A DNA stretch of 53,601 nucleotides, the filler included, from Catajapyx aquilonaris (lineage: Eukaryota), in the NCBI GenBank assembly GCA_000934665.2. It is 2 parts of 2 records of this genome, joined end to end, with 100 filler letters (N's around TTAATTAATTAA, not from the genome) between each part and the next. Parts side by side here need not be neighbours in the genome. Positions count along the whole stretch, not along the records: positions 1 to 26,746 come from KZ539298.1; 1 more part is not named here. The stretch is one strand, 5' to 3'. The position numbers and the translations under genes are program-made. This document shows positions 12,601-23,710 of the stretch, one piece after another. Each line of letters starts with the position of its first letter. Within the stretch, counting starts at the first letter, position 1. Under the pieces are notes generated by a model, which was given only the letters and a program-made list of their open reading frames with translations, searched no databases and was not told the origin of the DNA.

Positions 12601-15600
12601 TGGAGGATCCAGAGAAATGGTCTTCTTCCGCCCTCGATTGGTTGTCCCAGGAATCTTTGGACCGACAATGGAAGAAGTGTACTTGATGATTTCAGTATCA
12701 GGGGGAAGACGTACACCTCCTAAGATGCTAGCTGGATCACTGAAAAGAAATTTAAAATTAGTCACCAAGTCACCTCTATTTTACTATATTATAACTAATC
12801 ATGGTATAAATATTTTTTTGGACAAAGCATAAGAAGAATTATTATTACACATTATAAACAAAGTTCAACAGCATTACAAACTAATGTAAGGTGTTGATGC
12901 TTGCTAAAAAGGCATGACAATAACATCTCAATTTAGGAAAACTGATTCACAAGCTGGAACTCAACCAATACTGCAGAAGTTACTTTGCATATCTTCAAGT
13001 ACAAGAAGTGTTTCTCATTTGGGTACACCAATACCCCAATTCCAAGGATATCCTTGGTTGTCCACAAGTGTAAGTGCAGAGTTCTTGAGTCGTCTCTGAC
13101 TTTGTTTCGGGTGGTATTTCCGACAGACTAAGTCACCCAGGGGAGATCACAAAATGACCGTATTAGTCGATGCACTGCACCTTGCACATCCCCTCCCAGT
13201 CCCCCTGCCCTTAGCCCCTTAGCTAACATGGTCTAAGTTTCTATCGGACTTTAATCGATAGCGTATAGGAGCAATGGCTCTCCTCGAATACCCTGTAAGC
13301 AATTTGTGACTGAGCACAGTAATAAAAATAGGCTGCGTGAATAATGGGCCTTTGCATCACATCATTGGCTTAGGATAGCAAAGCATTGCAAATATTTCCA
13401 TAAAGATTTCAGAATGTCAGAATTGTTAGCAATTATGCTGTATTTCATTCGGGAAAATGTCAAATAATCATAAGGTGACCAGATTTCCAAGCCACAAATT
13501 CCAGATGTCTGGTCACCTTAATAATCATGACCATTTACTCTTGTCATGACTGAATATTTCTGGAAATGAAAATGTGGCACCATTTTTCGATCATCTGTTA
13601 CCAATGTTGATTCTGGTATTCTTGCTGAAACAATAGTGCAAACCCTAAAATTCTGGATCATGAGGAGGTGTGGTGGTCGTGATGGTAACGTCACGGCTTG
13701 CTGAGTGAAAGGCCCCAGGTTCGATCCCCGCCTGGGGAACTTTCCTTTCACCTGCGTCAGGAGGGTCTCTGACCTGCACCTTGGAGGTGTCTGGCAACCT
13801 AACCTCCTGGGGGACAGCACATGACCCCTTTACCGACATTGCACTTGCACCTATGTTCCCTCCCCAAAAAATCCCTATCCCTACCCTACATCCTTGTCTC
13901 CTTGCACCGGTATATGAAGTTAAGGAGTGAAAATGGTGGTATCCCTGATGAAGGGTGCAAGTACTGGAATAATAATAGCCACTAGTGTAAAGATGCTGCA
14001 CCAACTAACCATTTACGTCATGTGGGTTTGTTTACATGTATGGCAGTAGCACCTTAATAATTTATTAATTATACAGTATTTATGTTTAACTTGGTGCCAG
14101 TCAACATACACAGAAGCAATTGAGAGTGAAGGGATGACTAAATTATCCTTATGGGAAGCCTTGGGAGCTTGTTCATAAGTATACAGATCATAAGATGGGT
14201 CGTTCGTAAACTGGGGACTTCTTGTGTAACACTAATAATTATGTAGTTTCCAGTAAAATGTTATGAATAAAAATTGAGATTTCGTATCTGTTTGTCATTG
14301 GTTCAACTAAATATTAAAATGCGAAAAAGTTCCCCTATGTAGTTGTCAATACGTCGTTAATCTGACAAAAAGACGAATTCCACATTTTCCTAATTTTACA
14401 CGAGAGCCAAAAGAAACCTGCAAACCGCTATCCAAAATAAATACATAGGATGGCCTTTTATTTTCCGCTATAACTCTGAAGCCACTTGTCTTACGTGTTC
14501 CCTGTTTTGTCAGAATGTGACCCAACACTTGATGGTGCTAGCCAAGGCCATTAACTCGATGTTAGCAAAAATGTCGAATTCGTCCAATTAACAACGAATA
14601 GTAAAAATGCAGGTAAAAAAGTCAGATCTGCTATTTTCTATGACCTCTTAAAATGTAAAAAAAAAGAAGCTTTTCTTCTCCCTTAGGCACTTACAACACT
14701 ACTTCACACCAACTCTTTCACAGAGCATATTAACTACAACTTGAATCAAATATCCTCGATACTTATGCAGTATAACAGGAATTTTCTGAAGCTTGAGTTC
14801 TGGTTCAGATACATCTTGCCACATGTACATTAATTGTCACATCCTCTCACAACAAACAACATAAACCTTGACTCACCTAACCACACTTCCCGCTGCCGTT
14901 GACGCCACAGCTGTCGTCATGGTGTTAATGGGCATGGTGGAAGCTCGGGAAGACAAGGTAGGATGGGTGTAAGAATGAGATGGATGGGATGTGGCGGCTG
15001 AGTGCGAAGTGACGGTTGCTGAAGCCCTGGAGCTAGTCGAGGCAGTGCTGGTCCTATTAACGCTGCTCTTGGGAACCCCTGAAAAGCACAGAATCATCAG
15101 TTTTTGCTTACATGTTCACACCTTCATGGCACCTTTTCCCCTTGCAGGACACACCTTGGGCACTCTGCTGCTGTGTCAACATGTCAAAGCCTGGAAACAT
15201 GCCTTCGGCACCCATGCCAGGAAATCCAAGGCCTCCAGCAGCCTGAATGCGCATGATATATTCCTGGGCTGCCAAATGGGAGGCCATAGACCACCAAGCT
15301 GCACCTGTGCAGAGGTAATCATTATTTCAATCTTTGGTACAACATACTAATTGTTTTGCTAAAGCTGGTGCAACATTTGTTGCAGTCTCATGCACATTGC
15401 AAAATACTACTGTGTAAAACTATACTTGCTTGGGTCAACAATGTCAGGACCGAGATGAGGCCATGTACTATTAGCTGAAAAAAGGTCCAGTTATCCCCCC
15501 GTCAGTCCCCCTCTGCATCACTAGATAAAGTCTTACACTATCGTCATGTACTCCAGGATTCAGATTTGCAGTACTTCTAAAGAGTGGATGCTTGAGTAGA

Positions 15601-18600
15601 TGGAAAAGATGTCATGCCATTGTAAGAAATGTGTGGGATTGTATGTACAGTGCTGGACATATTAGCAGTCCCTAAATGTTTATATTTCGGAATTGGTGGC
15701 ACTGGCGTTACCTGGCAACTAAGTAAACACTTCGGGACTGCTAATACGTATGTCCAGCACTGTACCTATTTTCAGCAAATGTTGTGCGTTTTATAACTGT
15801 AACAAATTTTCACTATTATCTCAGAGTATTGAAGTTATCATTTTGACACTTCAGCTAGCAGCTATGAGAACCATTAAATTCAACAGATGAAAATTGCTTA
15901 TTTCAAACCCAAACATACTATCCTACCAAGATGGGGAATCTGTAAAGTGCCTATTTTGCCTATTATGTTAAGATTTGCACAAGTGCTTGATAGTGTCCAC
16001 TAGTAGAGTGAAAGTTACAATTGCAAAACAGGCTTCCTGATCTAAGAAATAGTGGTCAGGCTGTAATTTTAAAAATTTTCTAAGGTTTCAAATGGCTGCA
16101 GATTTCATTAGAAACATGTTTTCTTTCAATTTCTCCAGTATTGTCGATATTTTAAAACTAAAAATTTTGTATCGTTTTTTATTGGGAAAATGTTCAGAAA
16201 ATGCAATAGGAACTGACATTGCATTAAAAATTATTCTCGGGTCTCAGGAGGATATACTTCTACAGCTTACTTTCCAAGATAAAAACAGAGAAAGGCTCCG
16301 AAAAATTGATGAAGCTCGATATATAATGGGCTGAAATACCTGAAATATTGGGATATAATACGATTCCATAATTTTCCATAATTGCTACCAGCACTGCACC
16401 ATTCAATGCAATGTGAGAATTGCCACATTGCATTGCATGTAAAATGAATTAATGAGTGGAGAAAAAATTATACGGATTATCCTAGAGTTCCATACAGGGT
16501 GAAGCCCCCCAAAAGGGCACATGGCCCTAAGAACGGGGAAGGAAAATAATAAATAAATAAATACAGAGTGGAGGGAAACTCGCGGACAATCACCAGGTAG
16601 ACTGATAGTACTTGTAAAACTAATATAAAGATGTGCAATAACTTTTGGGCACCGTTGCGTAGTTAATGCATGCGGCGCCTTCAAAGTTTCGTGACGTCAC
16701 ATCCGCTCTGCAAGTTTCAAAGAAGCAAAAGCCAGCTCGAGGACCTCCGAATAATCTGGCGTTGGTCCCCTAATGCATCGCCCATGTGCAATAGGTGATC
16801 GAATCCCGTCAGAGTAAGAATCAGGGTACAACACTCATGCACTTTGTCGTTTTTACCTCATATTTTACCATCGGGCCCTCTACACTCTAAAGGCACCATA
16901 CACATTAACAATGCAATGGCGCCCAAAGCTAATAGCACATCCATATACAGTAAAACTTCTATTATTAGAATCTCCATGGGACCGGAAAAAAACTTTGAGT
17001 TATAGAAGATTCGAGTTAGAGAAGTTTGGAATTTTTAAAGTACAGAACACTATAAGGAAGCCCACCTTTATATCCAGCGACGAAAGGTGTTCCAAACTTA
17101 AAAAATAATTGTCACTATCACACATACAATGTTCATCATTGTTTTATTGTAAAAAAAAATCTCAGTTACGGACATTTGCCTCCTCTTACATTCAAGGATT
17201 CAATTGTCACAATCGAGTCAAATGCTTCTTTCGGTACGTCTGGTAGATGGAGATCAGGAAATTGAGCATTTATGTATTTCGGCTGGGAAATGAGAAAATT
17301 TATCTGTACTCGCCAACATGAACTTCGACTTGGGGAGACTGAAAATGCATTGATATCCCATCGTAAGGCCCTGCCAGCACTTCCAGTTATAGAAATTTGA
17401 GTTAGGGAAGTTCATTTCCTATTATTATGACCAACCAAGGTCATCATTTCCTCAGACTTATAGAGAACTTTGACTTAGGGAAGTTCGACTTATGGAAGTT
17501 TTACTGTATCAGGTTTACGAGTACTATCAGTCTACCTGGCGATTGTCCGCGAGTTTAAAAAAAAAAAAAGTTACCCCATTGAAGAGAATGGAGCTCTTTT
17601 AAGCGGGTGGTGACCACTGTAAATTCCATTTTCTTATTTTTCTTCAGTACCGGTGCAAGGACGAAACGACATGGGTAGGGATGGGGATTTTTGGGGAGGG
17701 GACACGGGTGCAGGTGCAATGTCGGTAAGCGGGTCATGTAGAGTCCCCAAGGAGGTTAGGTTGCCAGACACCTCTAAGGTGCGGCTCAGACCCCCCTTGA
17801 TGCAGGCGAAAGGGAGCTCCCAGGCGGGGATCGAACGTGGGACCTTTCACTCAGCAAGCCGAGACATTACCATCTTGGCCACCACACCCCCAAAAAATAG
17901 AACGCCTGGTAAATTCTGTTGTAATTAAAATTTAAGGTGAACTATTTTTTCTATCTTGGTTTCTGCCTTCTAATGCATGACTTAAAATATTATTAAAATA
18001 ATTATTTTATTTATATATATATTTATTTTTTTATTACCCCGTGATGTCCCTTACGGGAGCTATAGGGGGGTTGCTTACCACCATCAGTTTTCTGTTTTTA
18101 CTTCAATCTCCATGCAAGGACTGGTTCGGGATATAGGGTAGGGAAAGGGATTGTTGGGGAGGGGACTCTTGTGCAGGTGCATTGTCCTAGCCTTTTGGGC
18201 CATGTGCAGTCCCCCAGGAGGTTAGGTTGCCAGACACCTCCTTGGTGCAGGTCAGAGACCCTCCCGACGCAGGTGAAAGGAAGTTCCCCAGGCGGGGATC
18301 GAACCTGGGGCCTTTCACTCAGCAAGCCGAGACGTTACCATCTCGGCCACCACACCTCCCCCATTAAAATAATTATCATAAGTAGATCATCCTTGGGAAC
18401 AAATGGGTTAAGTTCTCTGATTGCCAGGAATGGAACACAAAGATATTCAGTGAAATTGAAATTACCTAGGTTTAATAAACCAATATTTGGTTATAAACCA
18501 GGTGCAACTCATTTTTCTAAAAAACTTGTTACTTTTACCTAAAAATGCCGCTTCATACTTTGTTTATTTAGAAACTGGCCAAATCCCACTCATGCTAATC

Positions 18601-21600
18601 AAGCTAGTCAAGCAATTTGCAAAGCTCATCATCAACTTTGAAAAACTACTGGTTAACACTATATTACGGATGGCATATGACTACTCCACAGCGCCCAATA
18701 AAACTAACTGACGTAAATCATGCCTCGCAGTTTTGGAATCACTGGGGTTAACCTGGCAAGATCTACAAATGACCTCCCTGTTTTACTCACCAAAACAGAG
18801 TCTCAGTTAAAAACGCAGTTGCTAACAAGTTTGGACCCCACCCATAGATATAACCATTATAAATTGATCAAGCACAACCAAGGACTGGAAGAGTACTTTT
18901 CGTTCGGACTGCACCTCTATTTACAGCAAATGCTGATAAATGTAAGAAGCGGATCCAAATACCTTCCCAAAACCTGGCGTGACAATTTGAATTGCAACCG
19001 AAGACAACTGTGACTGGTGCAATTTGAATGTTCCTTTATCACCATATCATTTGATGTTTGAGTGCCCTATATTTATTCTCCCTCCCCCCTCCCNNCCCCC
19101 CCCCCAAAAAAAAACTAACCTTCACGCACTCTCTGCTCTCCCTCCAGATCTATCACCTTTTGTTTTTGACAACTTAACGAAACAACAAATCACTCTCCTA
19201 CTTTCTTTTTTTTTCAAATGCCTGTAAATGTATCCAATTATGTAATGGAGTGTAAAGGGTGGCATGTGTCTCCCCAAAAATGACCAAACGGTCAGAGAAT
19301 GGGGTAATAATAAATAAAATTTAAAAAATACCTAGGTTTAAGATAAAGGTGAACAATAATCAGGCTTTTAATGTTCAGTATTTACGGCAACCTGCACCCC
19401 CCAAGGGGGTGACGAATTCTAAATTACGTTGTACACTTTGAATGGCTTCTCAATGACATCAGGTTGGCTTCTGATCAGGAATCTACCGATATATTACATG
19501 GCACTCAGGAAGGATGACATGGCTTACCGCTAGCTTCCATGTAGCTTCTGCTAAGAAAGCCTTGAAATCTTGGCTTTCGTTATGCACCTAAGCAAGTAAT
19601 GATTATTACTAACTTGGGCCTACTCTTGGTGGAGTGATAAATGGAAGCAACATTATTTAACGATGTTTCCATTGTTTCTTGTGATGTGTGTAGTCCCTGT
19701 GTAACATAGCAGTAGTTACCAGAGAGACAAGCTCCTGTCAAGAAGTGTTCATATGCAACCCCAATAACAAGGCCCTATGTTCCAAACCATTCACACTTTT
19801 AATCTGCACACAGTAAGCAGAGAGCCTTAGTTGCTTTGGTTTCTTCAATTCCTCAGAGAAAAGAATTTTTTAATTATGTACAGTGTATTCTAATTGAAAT
19901 GTCTCCAGTGGTTAGCGATTTTATGACACTAAGCTGGGCATTTCCACGCAAACACAGACATTGTCCGTTCGTTACGCAGGTTTTGCACATGTCTGCAAAA
20001 CCTGCGTACGAACAGACAATATGTCTGTGTTTGCGTGGAAATGCCCAGCTGCTTATTTTAAACTGTTACTTTGATACTCTTACAGATTAACCTTCAGAGA
20101 CCAGCAAACCGATATATCTGTTAAGGGTAGATGTGCGAGTAAGCCAGCAAACCCATACATCAGTTTTGTGACTCTTCTATTTTTAGATCAACACCACACT
20201 CTGTGTCTGGATGAAATGTAGGCATGGTTATTTTTTTTTCTAAGAACAGAGGGCAGCATGTCTGTGACTCTGGCTTGCCCGCTTGCCCACGCACTAGGGA
20301 GATGCTTGACCCCCTACTTTCAAAGCTGTGCAGGTGCACTGGTTGGGTCGGGTTGGTTGTGCCAAAATGTTTCAATCATGTTATATTTATTTATTGAATT
20401 TGTAAATTAGGGGTATAGACTATCACTCCAAGAAATTTGGCTGAGTTTTGATGATTTTTAACTTGAGAAATGTGTGGTTTATTTTTTTTAGCCCCATTAG
20501 AGGGACAGAGCCCTTGTAGGGGGATATGGCGGGTATCAATATTGCTTTCCATCCATGTGTAACAAGATTATAGATTCAAAATGGCCACCATGGTCACATG
20601 ACCAGCACATTTGAATTTTATTAATATTTTTTTTTGAAAAGCCCAAGTCCAAGCTAAACATTGATGTATAACTTTCCTATAATCTTTTATTGTAACTTTG
20701 TTTTTGGGGTCACAAGGACTTGACTAAAAAAGCTAAACAACTCACAAAAAGGCTTGCCGGCTTTCTAGGTAGTACCTCTTATTTACTTGCCGGGCTCTTC
20801 ACGGTTAACGATATTATCTGCTATCATTAGGCTGTTTGGACGTCCCCTTTTTAGTGCCTGTAGGGGTATCTATCATGCAAAAACACACGCACGCACGCAC
20901 ACACACACACACATGTTATAATGTGCTATCCTTGTGAGGGTCTGGCAAAAATAAAAATTTAAAACTAACCTAACCTAACCTACAAAAAACACACGATATT
21001 TTGGTGACCTATTTTTTCACAGTAAAAAGGAGGTCTTGGTTTGATTTTCCGCCATCCTTGTGAGGACTGTGTACCTTATGAGGGCCTGAAAAAAGTCCTC
21101 GTAAGGTTTTCGGTCCTCACAAGGATAGGAAACAAGCGAAAAAAATCCTCACAAGGATAGCAATGGCTGATCACACCCACATTGGTTCGATCATTGACTT
21201 CCAAAGCTAGTTGTTCCAATGAACTATTCGCTATTGGAAATTCATTGAAATTTAGAGCCTGGATAGCCTGCAGGTGATTCAACTCGACCTAACATTAGCA
21301 TCTAATACATCTGATAAAACGAAAAGTAAAGTTTCAAAATTAACTGCTAAAAAAGCAGCTTAGTGTCAAAAATTGCTAACACTGTGGGCATTTCAATTGT
21401 AACACACTGTATATACAAAATAGCTCTTCCAACAAGTCATAACCTGCTACCATATCTGGCAATTAATTACTAGGACCTATACTCTCCTTCATGTGGATTG
21501 TATCAGTCACAGCTGTTAGCAACTCAAAACAATTTACTTGGAAATCAATATGTGGTAATTTTCAGCATGTGTGTCAAGTCCAGGCCAATTTCATTGAATG

Positions 21601-22724
21601 CAAATGCAACTGGCATTCTAAGCATAAAGTACTACATTGCAGTATCATCAGCCAGTTATAACAGTCTATCTCTACCATCTACTCACATACATGCCCGCCC
21701 ATGGTTTGGCATTGTCAGCCAGGTAACACATGTATTCGGCAACAAGTCCTCCACTACTTACTTGCAGGGTTAATACCCAGGCTAGCAGCTTGACTAGCAG
21801 CAGCGCTAAGAGTTCCCAATCCTCCAAAAGCTCCTGCAGCTGTTGTTGGTGTGTGGGGAAGACTGGCATAAGATCCCATGGGAAAAGCTCCTGGTAAGTG
21901 TCCCAGGGATCCATAGCTGGTTGGCATTGCTCCGAAGATCGAATGATGAGCTGAAACATGCAACGTGGATTACAAACATCACTTGGGGATCAAATACAAC
22001 CCTTTCAATGCTCACAAACTGTATTGTGGGAATGCATATCAAAGGACACAATTACACAGACAGCTTCAGGGGAGTGCATGGTTATCTTGGGTGAATTTCA
22101 GAATTAATTATCTATGGTTAGGGTGATGGAGCTTAGTGTTCAGCCAAGTGCAATACCCACAATATGGTTATCCAAGCAATTTTTAAAAATCACATTCTGT
22201 GAAAGGCAATAGCACCAGGAGCAAAAGACACAACCTTTTTTTGGCAACTCAACTGCATGGTTTGAAAATGATTTAAGCCACATTATTTGGCATGGTTGCA
22301 AGGGTGCGGTTATTAATGCAATGCATCAGTCATTTGCTTCCATCACCACAAATTAACTTCACTTACTTGAGGCTCTACTCGGCTCACTTCTTGTCCATGG
22401 TGCTTATGAAGAGAACAAAAATAGTGTATAGACCTATAGACTTTTGCACCTACTTTACATAAAATTATAGTTTTAATTTATGGCCATGTTTTGCAAATTC
22501 CCATTTGGCTTTGATGGCCATTTCCTGGTGCATCATGATTATCCCCTGCCTCATTCCTTCTCCGTCGCCCCCCCCCCAAACCCCNNNNNNNNNNNNNNNN
22601 NNNNNNNNNNNNNNNNNNNNNNNNNNNNNNNNNNNNNNNNNNNNNNNNNNNNNNNNNNNNNNNNNNNNNNNNNNNNNNNNNNNNNNNNNNNNNNNNNNNN
22701 NNNNNNNNNNNNNNNNNNNNNNNN

Positions 22725-22764
<40 letters not shown>

Positions 22765-23021
22765 CCTCCCCCACCTCCTCTGACTGGCGCGTGGATGAGG
22801 CATAGTCCACCCGCCCACCCACCTACACTGCCCAACACTCATAAGCAGAACGGAGGAAAAAAAATCGAAACTAAGGCCAAGTCCTCACCAAAGAAGTTAG
22901 CTGCATCCAGAAGATTGTTGGCCGCGGGAGCAGGAGCAGGGGTGGCCGAGGCGGAGGGGGTGGCCATGTGGCCAGCCTTCCCGCGCTCCTTCTCCCCACC
23001 ATCTGGCTCCACCTTGTCCAT
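485..23021 (-). CDS. BAZ2B: toutatis / BAZ2B-like (bromodomain adjacent to zinc finger domain 2B), 5' partial spliced gene; exons 23021-22889, 21950-21762, 15304-15155, 15078-14877, 12739-12523, 12463-12208, 12150-11993, 1649-1157, 1100-925, 870-662, 601-485
   Basis: Eleven GT-AG-bounded exons join in one open frame (phases 1,1,1,2,0,1,0,1,0,2,2; 2300 nt). The translation carries motifs typical of arthropod Toutatis: GINPASAAWWSMASHLAAQEY, GGVRLPPDTEIIKYTSSI, RPRNLGRGISRPKKNTVASLLAQSRA, and an MBD/TAM domain (ELRIPLEHGWHRETVIRG..GEVTYISPCG..LSRENFSFS). DDT, PHD and bromo exons would lie beyond position 1. Confidence 0.93.
662..870 (-). CDS. BAZ2B: tou/BAZ2B MBD/TAM domain exon 2
   Basis: FLEQYGITDLSRENFSFSSKVLVG..; acceptor ttctcag|, donor AA|GTGAGT. 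Confidence 0.92.
925..1100 (-). CDS. BAZ2B: tou/BAZ2B MBD/TAM domain exon 1
   Basis: PSKRRRVAPDERELRIPLEHGWHRETVIRG..YISPCG; donor AAG|GTGAGT. Confidence 0.93.
1157..1649 (-). CDS. BAZ2B: tou/BAZ2B exon (GDSRPRNLGRG..KKNTVASLLAQSRA.., acidic/Ser-rich)
   Basis: Acceptor tccctgcag|, donor G|GTAACA; lies within ORF 1101..1715. Confidence 0.92.
1703..2051 (+). mobile_element. tRNA-derived SINE, family A
   Basis: A box TGGTGTAGTGG, B box GGTTCAAATCCC; 17-bp TSD taaca(a/g)acacttctcac at 1686-1702 and 2052-2068; head and body match 41619-41912. Confidence 0.88.
2279..2978. mobile_element. P-element-like foldback MITE
   Basis: Termini CAGGGAGCATAT..ATATGCTCCCTG, 7-bp TSD acctgac, long internal inverted arms (about 2550-2720 vs 2795-2970). 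Confidence 0.7.
2291..2546. mobile_element. Sola1-like MITE nested in the left TIR of the P-like MITE
   Basis: TIR cgt(a/c)ggccggcgatcaaaac; 4-bp TSD ATAT fits the AWWT target of Sola1. Confidence 0.65.
3593..4669 (-). mobile_element. Tc1/mariner-superfamily deletion derivative
   Basis: TIR cagggtcatc(a/g)aaaaagaatgtccc; TA at the right end; degenerate PPRSPDLTPLDFFLW-type coding remnant on the minus strand near 3860-3910; second copy at 28974-32975. Confidence 0.8.
4233..4588 (-). mobile_element. tRNA-derived SINE, family B
   Basis: A box TGGCCGAGATGG, B box GGTTCAAATCCC, A-rich tail, 13-bp TSD ccgaacttaaatc. Confidence 0.9.
4684..5684. mobile_element. hAT (Charlie-like) non-autonomous element
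   Basis: 8-bp TSD ctctagag on both sides, CAGGG..CCCTG termini. Confidence 0.75.
5147..5672 (-). mobile_element. pogo/Tigger-family MITE nested in the hAT element
   Basis: TA TSD, TIR ccgtattta(t/c)gcgcatataaga; carries a remnant MEVKEKHRSYRDDFKRKVINCAD resembling a pogo N-terminal DNA-binding domain; second copy at 33600-34129. Confidence 0.85.
6801..6925. mobile_element. PIF/Harbinger-like palindromic MITE
   Basis: gggc(t/c)ggtttcaccgagct inverted arms flanked by TAA/TTA. Confidence 0.7.
7055..7904. mobile_element. piggyBac-like non-autonomous element
   Basis: TTAA|CCCTAATAAGA..TCTTATTAGGG|TTAA. Confidence 0.8.
8990..9255. mobile_element. PIF/Harbinger-like MITE with internal direct repeats
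   Basis: ggatgtgtttt..aaaacacatcc termini with TAA/TTA flanks. Confidence 0.65.
11993..12150 (-). CDS. BAZ2B: tou/BAZ2B exon (AARRKAEPKQLRP..DAHQK)
   Basis: Acceptor tttgtag|, donor AAG|GTAGGC; phase 0 matches the exon starting at 1649. Confidence 0.85.
12208..12463 (-). CDS. BAZ2B: tou/BAZ2B exon (SDAEYS..DRVEVIRLP..DAPLNLSLK..)
   Basis: Acceptor ttttacag| after a 59-nt intron; donor G|GTGAGA. Confidence 0.88.
12523..12739 (-). CDS. BAZ2B: tou/BAZ2B exon (DPASILGGVRLPPDTEIIKYTSS..)
   Basis: Acceptor ttttcag|, donor GCA|GTGAGT; conserved motif. Confidence 0.92.
13662..13945 (+). mobile_element. SINE family B, 3'-truncated
   Basis: Same tRNA head (B box GGTTCGATCCC) and body as 18006-18362. 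Confidence 0.85.
14877..15078 (-). CDS. BAZ2B: tou/BAZ2B Ser/Thr-rich exon
   Basis: Acceptor ttttcag|, donor AG|GTGAGT; phase matches both neighbours. Confidence 0.85.
15155..15304 (-). CDS. BAZ2B: tou/BAZ2B exon (SAAWWSMASHLAAQEYIMRIQ..)
   Basis: Acceptor gcacag|, donor CAAG|GTGTGT (the only phase-compatible donor giving a plausible intron length); conserved AAWWSMAS motif; not present in the ORF track. Confidence 0.88.
15648..15762. mobile_element. tiny Tc1/mariner-type MITE
   Basis: TA|cagtgctggacata..tatgtccagcactg|TA. Confidence 0.75.
16505..16560 (+). mobile_element. 56-bp retroposed 3'-end fragment
   Basis: C6-hairpin-GGGG-(TAAA)n flanked by an imperfect 13-bp TSD atacagggtgaag / atacagagtggag. 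Confidence 0.7.
16948..17506. mobile_element. Tigger/pogo-like MITE
   Basis: TA|cagtaaaacttc..gaagttttactg|TA. Confidence 0.75.
17571..17891 (-). mobile_element. SINE family B
   Basis: tRNA head with B box GTTCGATCCC; body as in the other B copies. Confidence 0.85.
18006..18362 (-). mobile_element. SINE family B, full length
   Basis: A and B boxes intact, A-rich tail, TSD attaaaataattat. Confidence 0.9.
18476..19328 (+). mobile_element. 5'-truncated LINE (RTEX-like) 3' end, degenerate
   Basis: QVQLIFLKNLLLLPKNAASYFVYLETG aligns with the C-terminal part of the LINE ORF at 51964-52920; CDWCN..HLMFECP zinc knuckle; (TAAA) tail; 13-bp TSD tacctaggtttaa. Confidence 0.85.
19932..20050. mobile_element. 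small palindromic MITE
   Basis: agctgggcatttccacgcaaacacagaca arms form a near-perfect hairpin. Confidence 0.65.
20478..20555 (-). mobile_element. short LINE 3'-end fragment
   Basis: Minus-strand ccccctacaagggctctgtccctctaatgggg plus A tail; closely resembles the LINE end at 42216-42248. Confidence 0.6.
20925..21161. mobile_element. inverted-repeat element adjoining a (CA)n microsatellite
   Basis: gctatccttgtgagg..cctcacaaggatagc with repeated subterminal copies, internal (TAACC)n, and CA-type repeats on both flanks. Confidence 0.6.
21762..21950 (-). CDS. BAZ2B: tou/BAZ2B exon (HHSIFGAMPTSYG..AASLGINPA)
   Basis: Acceptor tttcag|, donor A|GTAAGT, 189 nt, phase 1-1. Confidence 0.9.
22725..22761. 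repeat. (CT)n microsatellite next to an assembly gap
   Basis: Seen directly. Confidence 0.95.
22889..23021 (-). CDS. BAZ2B: tou/BAZ2B first coding exon (MDKVEPDGGEKER..NLLDAANFF)
   Basis: Acceptor tttgttccag| at 23034, Kozak-like gccgctATGg, donor G|GTGAGG at 22888, phase 1. Confidence 0.8.
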
Positions 23022-23522
23022 AGCGGCCTGTTCCTGGAACAAATTAAAGGCAATCAGTGCCTGAGAACATTAGACTCGGTTTGCCTCCTCCATGACACTC
23101 CACGGCACATTTGATATGTCGTCTGAATCTACAGAAACAACTATTGACTCGGGCATTACTTTGATTCTAGGTTAGTCACTCGGAGACTGTTTCCCATAAT
23201 GGTCAATAGTCAAGATATCAAGACAATATCCCAGTCTCACGTCATAGGAGTCACCTACTTTGTCAGTCAGCTGTCAGCAAGACATGTGAATATTTGTTTT
23301 CATACAGCATTAACATATATGTTTCAATTGCCCCAGTAACAAACGTACTCAACTGTCAGATATGGCCAACCAACGTTCTGAATGTTCATTGTTCAAAACA
23401 AATCCTTTTGACCATTTGTCAATATTCTTTACATGTCAACAGAATATGTGACGATGGACCCACAGTACGTTACACTAGGTAGCAAGATAAATTCAGTAAG
23501 TAATCACTGAATTAATACATAT

Positions 23523-23710
23523 CAGTGGCGGATCTAGGGGGGGGGGGGTGATCGGGGTGATCACCCCCCCCCCCNNNNNNNNNNNNNNNNNNNNNNNNNN
23601 NNNNNNNNNNNNNNNNNNNNNNNNNNNNNNNNNNNNNNNNNNNNNNNNNNNNNNNNNNNNNNNCCCCCCCCCCCCCCCGCCGCCAACAACGACGTCTAGA
23701 TCCGCCACGG
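23523..23710. mobile_element. hAT-type MITE containing a gap
   Basis: cagtggcggatctag..ctagatccgccac termini, 8-bp TSD atacatat. Confidence 0.8.

Larger units (their letters stand above)
16495..17556. mobile_element. TA-flanked MITE (same family as 44345-44796 and 26846-27314), interrupted by two insertions
   Basis: Left end cagggtgaag..ctcgcggacaatcaccaggtagactgatagtac with its inverted counterpart at about 17515-17556. Confidence 0.7.

Noticed and set aside
22465..23064. ORFs running through N gaps and (CT)n
   Set aside because: Artefacts of ambiguous bases or antisense shadows of the first tou coding exon
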